Source: Candidatus Methanofastidiosia archaeon
GTDB taxonomy: Archaea > Methanobacteriota_B > Thermococci > Methanofastidiosales > NM3
Assembly: GCA_016930445.1 (NCBI GenBank)
Contig: JAFGGT010000031.1
Span: 1-45,225, forward strand
Reading direction: 5' to 3'
DNA length: 45,225 nt
A program made the translations under genes and the position numbers. The notes beneath the pieces are model-generated. The model saw only the letters and a program-made list of their open reading frames with translations, searched no databases and had not been told where the DNA came from. Numbering within the stretch: position 1 is the first letter of the stretch; each line of letters starts with the position of its first letter. Below are positions 43,047-45,225 of this stretch, piece by piece.

Positions 43047-44708
43047 ATGAGCGATTCAAGAAGGGCCCTCGATGAGTTAGCCTCATTGATAGATAAGGGT
43101 GTGATAAGGGACAAGGAAACGCTTCAGAACGAAAAGGTGAGGGTCACCAAGAAATATTCTCTTGAGAAGATACCCTCCAACTCCGACATCCTTGCGCATT
43201 ATGGCAAGACCCTGCCATTCCTGCAGAGAAAACCCATGAGGACGATGTCCGGCGTGGCTGTGGTGGCCGTTATGACAAGGCCGGCCCCATGCCCACACGG
43301 AAAGTGCACATACTGCCCAGGAGGCCCGGAGCATGATGTCCCGCAATCCTACACTGGGCACGAACCCGCTGCCATGAGGGCGATCCAGAACAACTTCCAT
43401 CCGTTTCTTCAGATCTATAGACGGATAGAGCAGCTCCAGGTGGTCGGCCACCCCACCGACAAGATCGAGCTCATAGTCATGGGCGGGACATTCCCATCGC
43501 AGGACCTCGACTATCAGGAATATTTCGTGAGGGAATGCCTCGCCGCAATGAATCTCTTTTCGAAGGATGTCAGTTCTGATGAAATCTACGACGCCCTATT
43601 CCCAAGCGGTTCGCCTCCCTCAGACGGTGCCCTAAAGCTGCTCACCAAACGCCCGCTGCTCTTGGAGGATGCGCAGAGCGAGAACGAGGTGGCAAAGAAC
43701 AGGTGCGTCGGCATGACTTTCGAGACCAGGCCCGACTGGTCCAAGGCCCCCCACATCGACAGGATGCTCTCATACGGTGGCACCAGGGTCGAGCTCGGTG
43801 TTCAGACGGTGTACGATTACATATACGCAAGGGTCAAGAGAGGGCACACCACAAAGGACGTTAAAGAGGCCACCGCCCTTCTCAAGGACCAGGGCTTCAA
43901 GGTGAACTATCACATGATGCCCGGACTTCCGGGCTCCAATCCAGATAGGGACCTTAGGACGTTCGAGAGGATATTCGACGATCCGGACTATCGCCCCGAC
44001 ATGATAAAGTTCTACACCTGCCTTGTCCTAGAGGGAACGGAGCTTTACGAGGATTATCTGAAAGGCGAATATGTCCCGTATGATACGGAGCAGACAGTGG
44101 AGCTATTGGTCAAGATCAAGTCCCTCATGCCCGAATGGGTCAGGACGATGAGGATACAGAGGGACATACCGACGAACAGGATAGCCGCGGGTGCCATGAG
44201 CTCCAACATGGGGCAGATGGTGGAGGACGAGATGCGCAGGAGGGGCATGAGATGCAGATGCATAAGGTGCAGGGAGATAGGGCAGATGTGCTATAAGGAG
44301 GGCATAGAGCCAAAGGAAGAGGATGTGAGGCTTATAAGGAGGACCTACGAGGCATCGGGAGGGGTCGAGGAGTTCCTCAGCTTCGAGGACACCAAGAACG
44401 ATGCGCTTATCGGTTTCGTAAGGTTGAGAATGCCGGGCGAGCACATCTTCCGAAGCGAGATCACTAAGAGGACCGGCCTCATAAGGGAACTCCATGTCTA
44501 TGGCCCGATGGTGCCCATAGGGAAGACGGATGGCGAATGGTGGCAGCATAGGGGGTTTGGCCTCAAGCTTCTCCAGGAGGCCGAGCGCATCGCCTCCGAA
44601 GAGCACGGAATGGACAAGATGATAATCATCTCCGGCATCGGCGTAAGGGAATACTATAGGAAGCACGGATACGGAAGGGAGGGCCCATACATGGGCAGAA
44701 CCCTATAG
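43047..44708 (+). CDS. elp3: Elp3-family radical SAM / GNAT enzyme (tRNA U34 carboxymethyl-modification)
   Basis: The radical SAM cluster is CPHGKCTYCPGG, the core is TIM-barrel-like, and a C-terminal GNAT domain is present (LHVYGPMVPIG...WQHRGFGLKLLQEAE). The length is 553 aa. Confidence 0.93.
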   Translation: MSDSRRALDELASLIDKGVIRDKETLQNEKVRVTKKYSLEKIPSNSDILAHYGKTLPFLQRKPMRTMSGVAVVAVMTRPAPCPHGKCTYCPGGPEHDVPQSYTGHEPAAMRAIQNNFHPFLQIYRRIEQLQVVGHPTDKIELIVMGGTFPSQDLDYQEYFVRECLAAMNLFSKDVSSDEIYDALFPSGSPPSDGALKLLTKRPLLLEDAQSENEVAKNRCVGMTFETRPDWSKAPHIDRMLSYGGTRVELGVQTVYDYIYARVKRGHTTKDVKEATALLKDQGFKVNYHMMPGLPGSNPDRDLRTFERIFDDPDYRPDMIKFYTCLVLEGTELYEDYLKGEYVPYDTEQTVELLVKIKSLMPEWVRTMRIQRDIPTNRIAAGAMSSNMGQMVEDEMRRRGMRCRCIRCREIGQMCYKEGIEPKEEDVRLIRRTYEASGGVEEFLSFEDTKNDALIGFVRLRMPGEHIFRSEITKRTGLIRELHVYGPMVPIGKTDGEWWQHRGFGLKLLQEAERIASEEHGMDKMIIISGIGVREYYRKHGYGREGPYMGRTL

Positions 44709-45059
44709 GATGCACCCTTTGCATCTCGTCATGGAGCACTCCTCATTGTCGAACTTCCATTTGAGGCCCCATCTCTTGATGCCTTGGACCAACTCTATTA
44801 GCTCAAACCCGCTATCAGTGAGCGAATATAGGCATTTTACAGGTATTGTGCTGTCATCTACTCTCTTTCTTACAATTCCATCTGCCTCAAGTTCGCCGAG
44901 CCTCTCCGAGAGGATCTTTGGTGTTATCCCATCCACCCGTTTCTTCAACTCATTGAAATGCTTTTCATCCTTTGTCCCCTTGTAAAGCTCTAAAAGGACC
45001 AACAATGTCCATTTCTTGCCAATTATCGACAAAGTCTTGTATACCGTGCAGTCTTTCAT
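44703..45059 (-). CDS. HxlR-family winged-helix transcriptional regulator with Cys-rich C-terminal tail
   Basis: LSIIGKKWTLLVLLELYKG...FNELKKRVDGITPKILSERLGELEADGIVRKR is typical of HxlR. An extra C-terminal ECSMTRCKGCIL is present (44706-44753). The gene is divergent from hcp. Confidence 0.88.
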   Translation of the reverse strand: MKDCTVYKTLSIIGKKWTLLVLLELYKGTKDEKHFNELKKRVDGITPKILSERLGELEADGIVRKRVDDSTIPVKCLYSLTDSGFELIELVQGIKRWGLKWKFDNEECSMTRCKGCIL

Positions 45060-45102
45060 GATATACTTTTAGAAACTGCTTATTATTTAAAGGTATCTAT
45101 TG

Positions 45103-45115
45103 TATACTAAGTATA
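45103..45115. promoter_or_regulatory. 13-bp perfect palindrome TATACTAAGTATA in the hxlR/hcp divergent promoter
   Basis: It lies about 25-37 nt upstream of the hcp ATG, next to a TATTTAAA box (about 45084-45091). It is a candidate HxlR operator. Confidence 0.3.
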
Positions 45116-45139
45116 TTAAATATATTAGAGGAGACAGAA

Positions 45140-45225
45140 ATGTTTTGCTACCAATGTGAAGAGGCCCTTAACGGACAGGGCTGTACAAAGACGGGCGTTT
45201 GTGGAAAATCAGATTCTCTTGCCAA
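45140..45225 (+). CDS. hcp: Hybrid cluster protein / hydroxylamine reductase, N-terminal fragment (runs off the window)
   Basis: [28 protein letters not shown] matches the N-terminal Cys motif of Hcp (MFCxQCEx...GC...GVCGK). A GAGGAG SD lies 6 nt upstream. Confidence 0.75.
   Translation, partial: MFCYQCEEALNGQGCTKTGVCGKSDSLA

Overview
This is a compact archaeal (euryarchaeal-type) chromosomal segment with about 45 protein genes, one tRNA, and no rRNA, CRISPR array, transposase or integrase. All calls come from reading the sequence and ORF translations and from remembered family motifs. No searches were run, and GC statements are by-eye estimates.

The centre of the window is a replication island:
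- An origin (about 28121-28478) carries three 20-bp ORB elements and AT-rich tracts. It sits directly upstream of a cdc6/orc1 - PolD small subunit - PolD large subunit operon.
- Around it lie a Pyrococcus-type RPA41/RPA14/RPA32 operon, a second zinc-less multi-OB RPA co-transcribed with RadA, RNase HII, endonuclease IV and an NreA-like repair protein.

Other recognisable content:
- Information processing: tuf-rps10, tRNA-Ser(GCU), fibrillarin-Nop5, Elp3.
- Metabolism: the 3' part of adenine deaminase, an ALDH7-type dehydrogenase, isochorismatase, YjbQ, a PF04008-type adenosine-specific kinase homolog, iorA, a HAD-IIA phosphatase.
- Transport and regulation: a CPA2 antiporter, a thiamine uptake/regulation module (thiB-thiP-HTH/ThiN), a PadR-MMPL pair, and HxlR divergent from a truncated hcp.

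Most interesting unexplained items:
1. A ThiI-like THUMP protein whose PP-loop is degenerate and which carries a perfect C-terminal Nudix box.
2. Two uncharacterised genes between oriC and the RPA operon: a cis-prenyltransferase-fold paralog lacking the catalytic residues, and a 407-aa protein that looks like two tandem wHTH-plus-alpha/beta modules.
3. An orphan, near-perfect ORB copy about 25 kb from the origin, in an AT-rich convergent gene end next to the tRNA.
4. A translationally coupled GT-C-like membrane protein plus an anchored extracellular alpha/alpha-toroid protein.
5. An acidic unknown protein co-operonic with nfo and divergent from nreA.

Many gene junctions are ATGA overlaps or convergent 3' overlaps. 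Many starts lie about 25-30 nt downstream of a TTTAAA box, which suggests leaderless transcripts.
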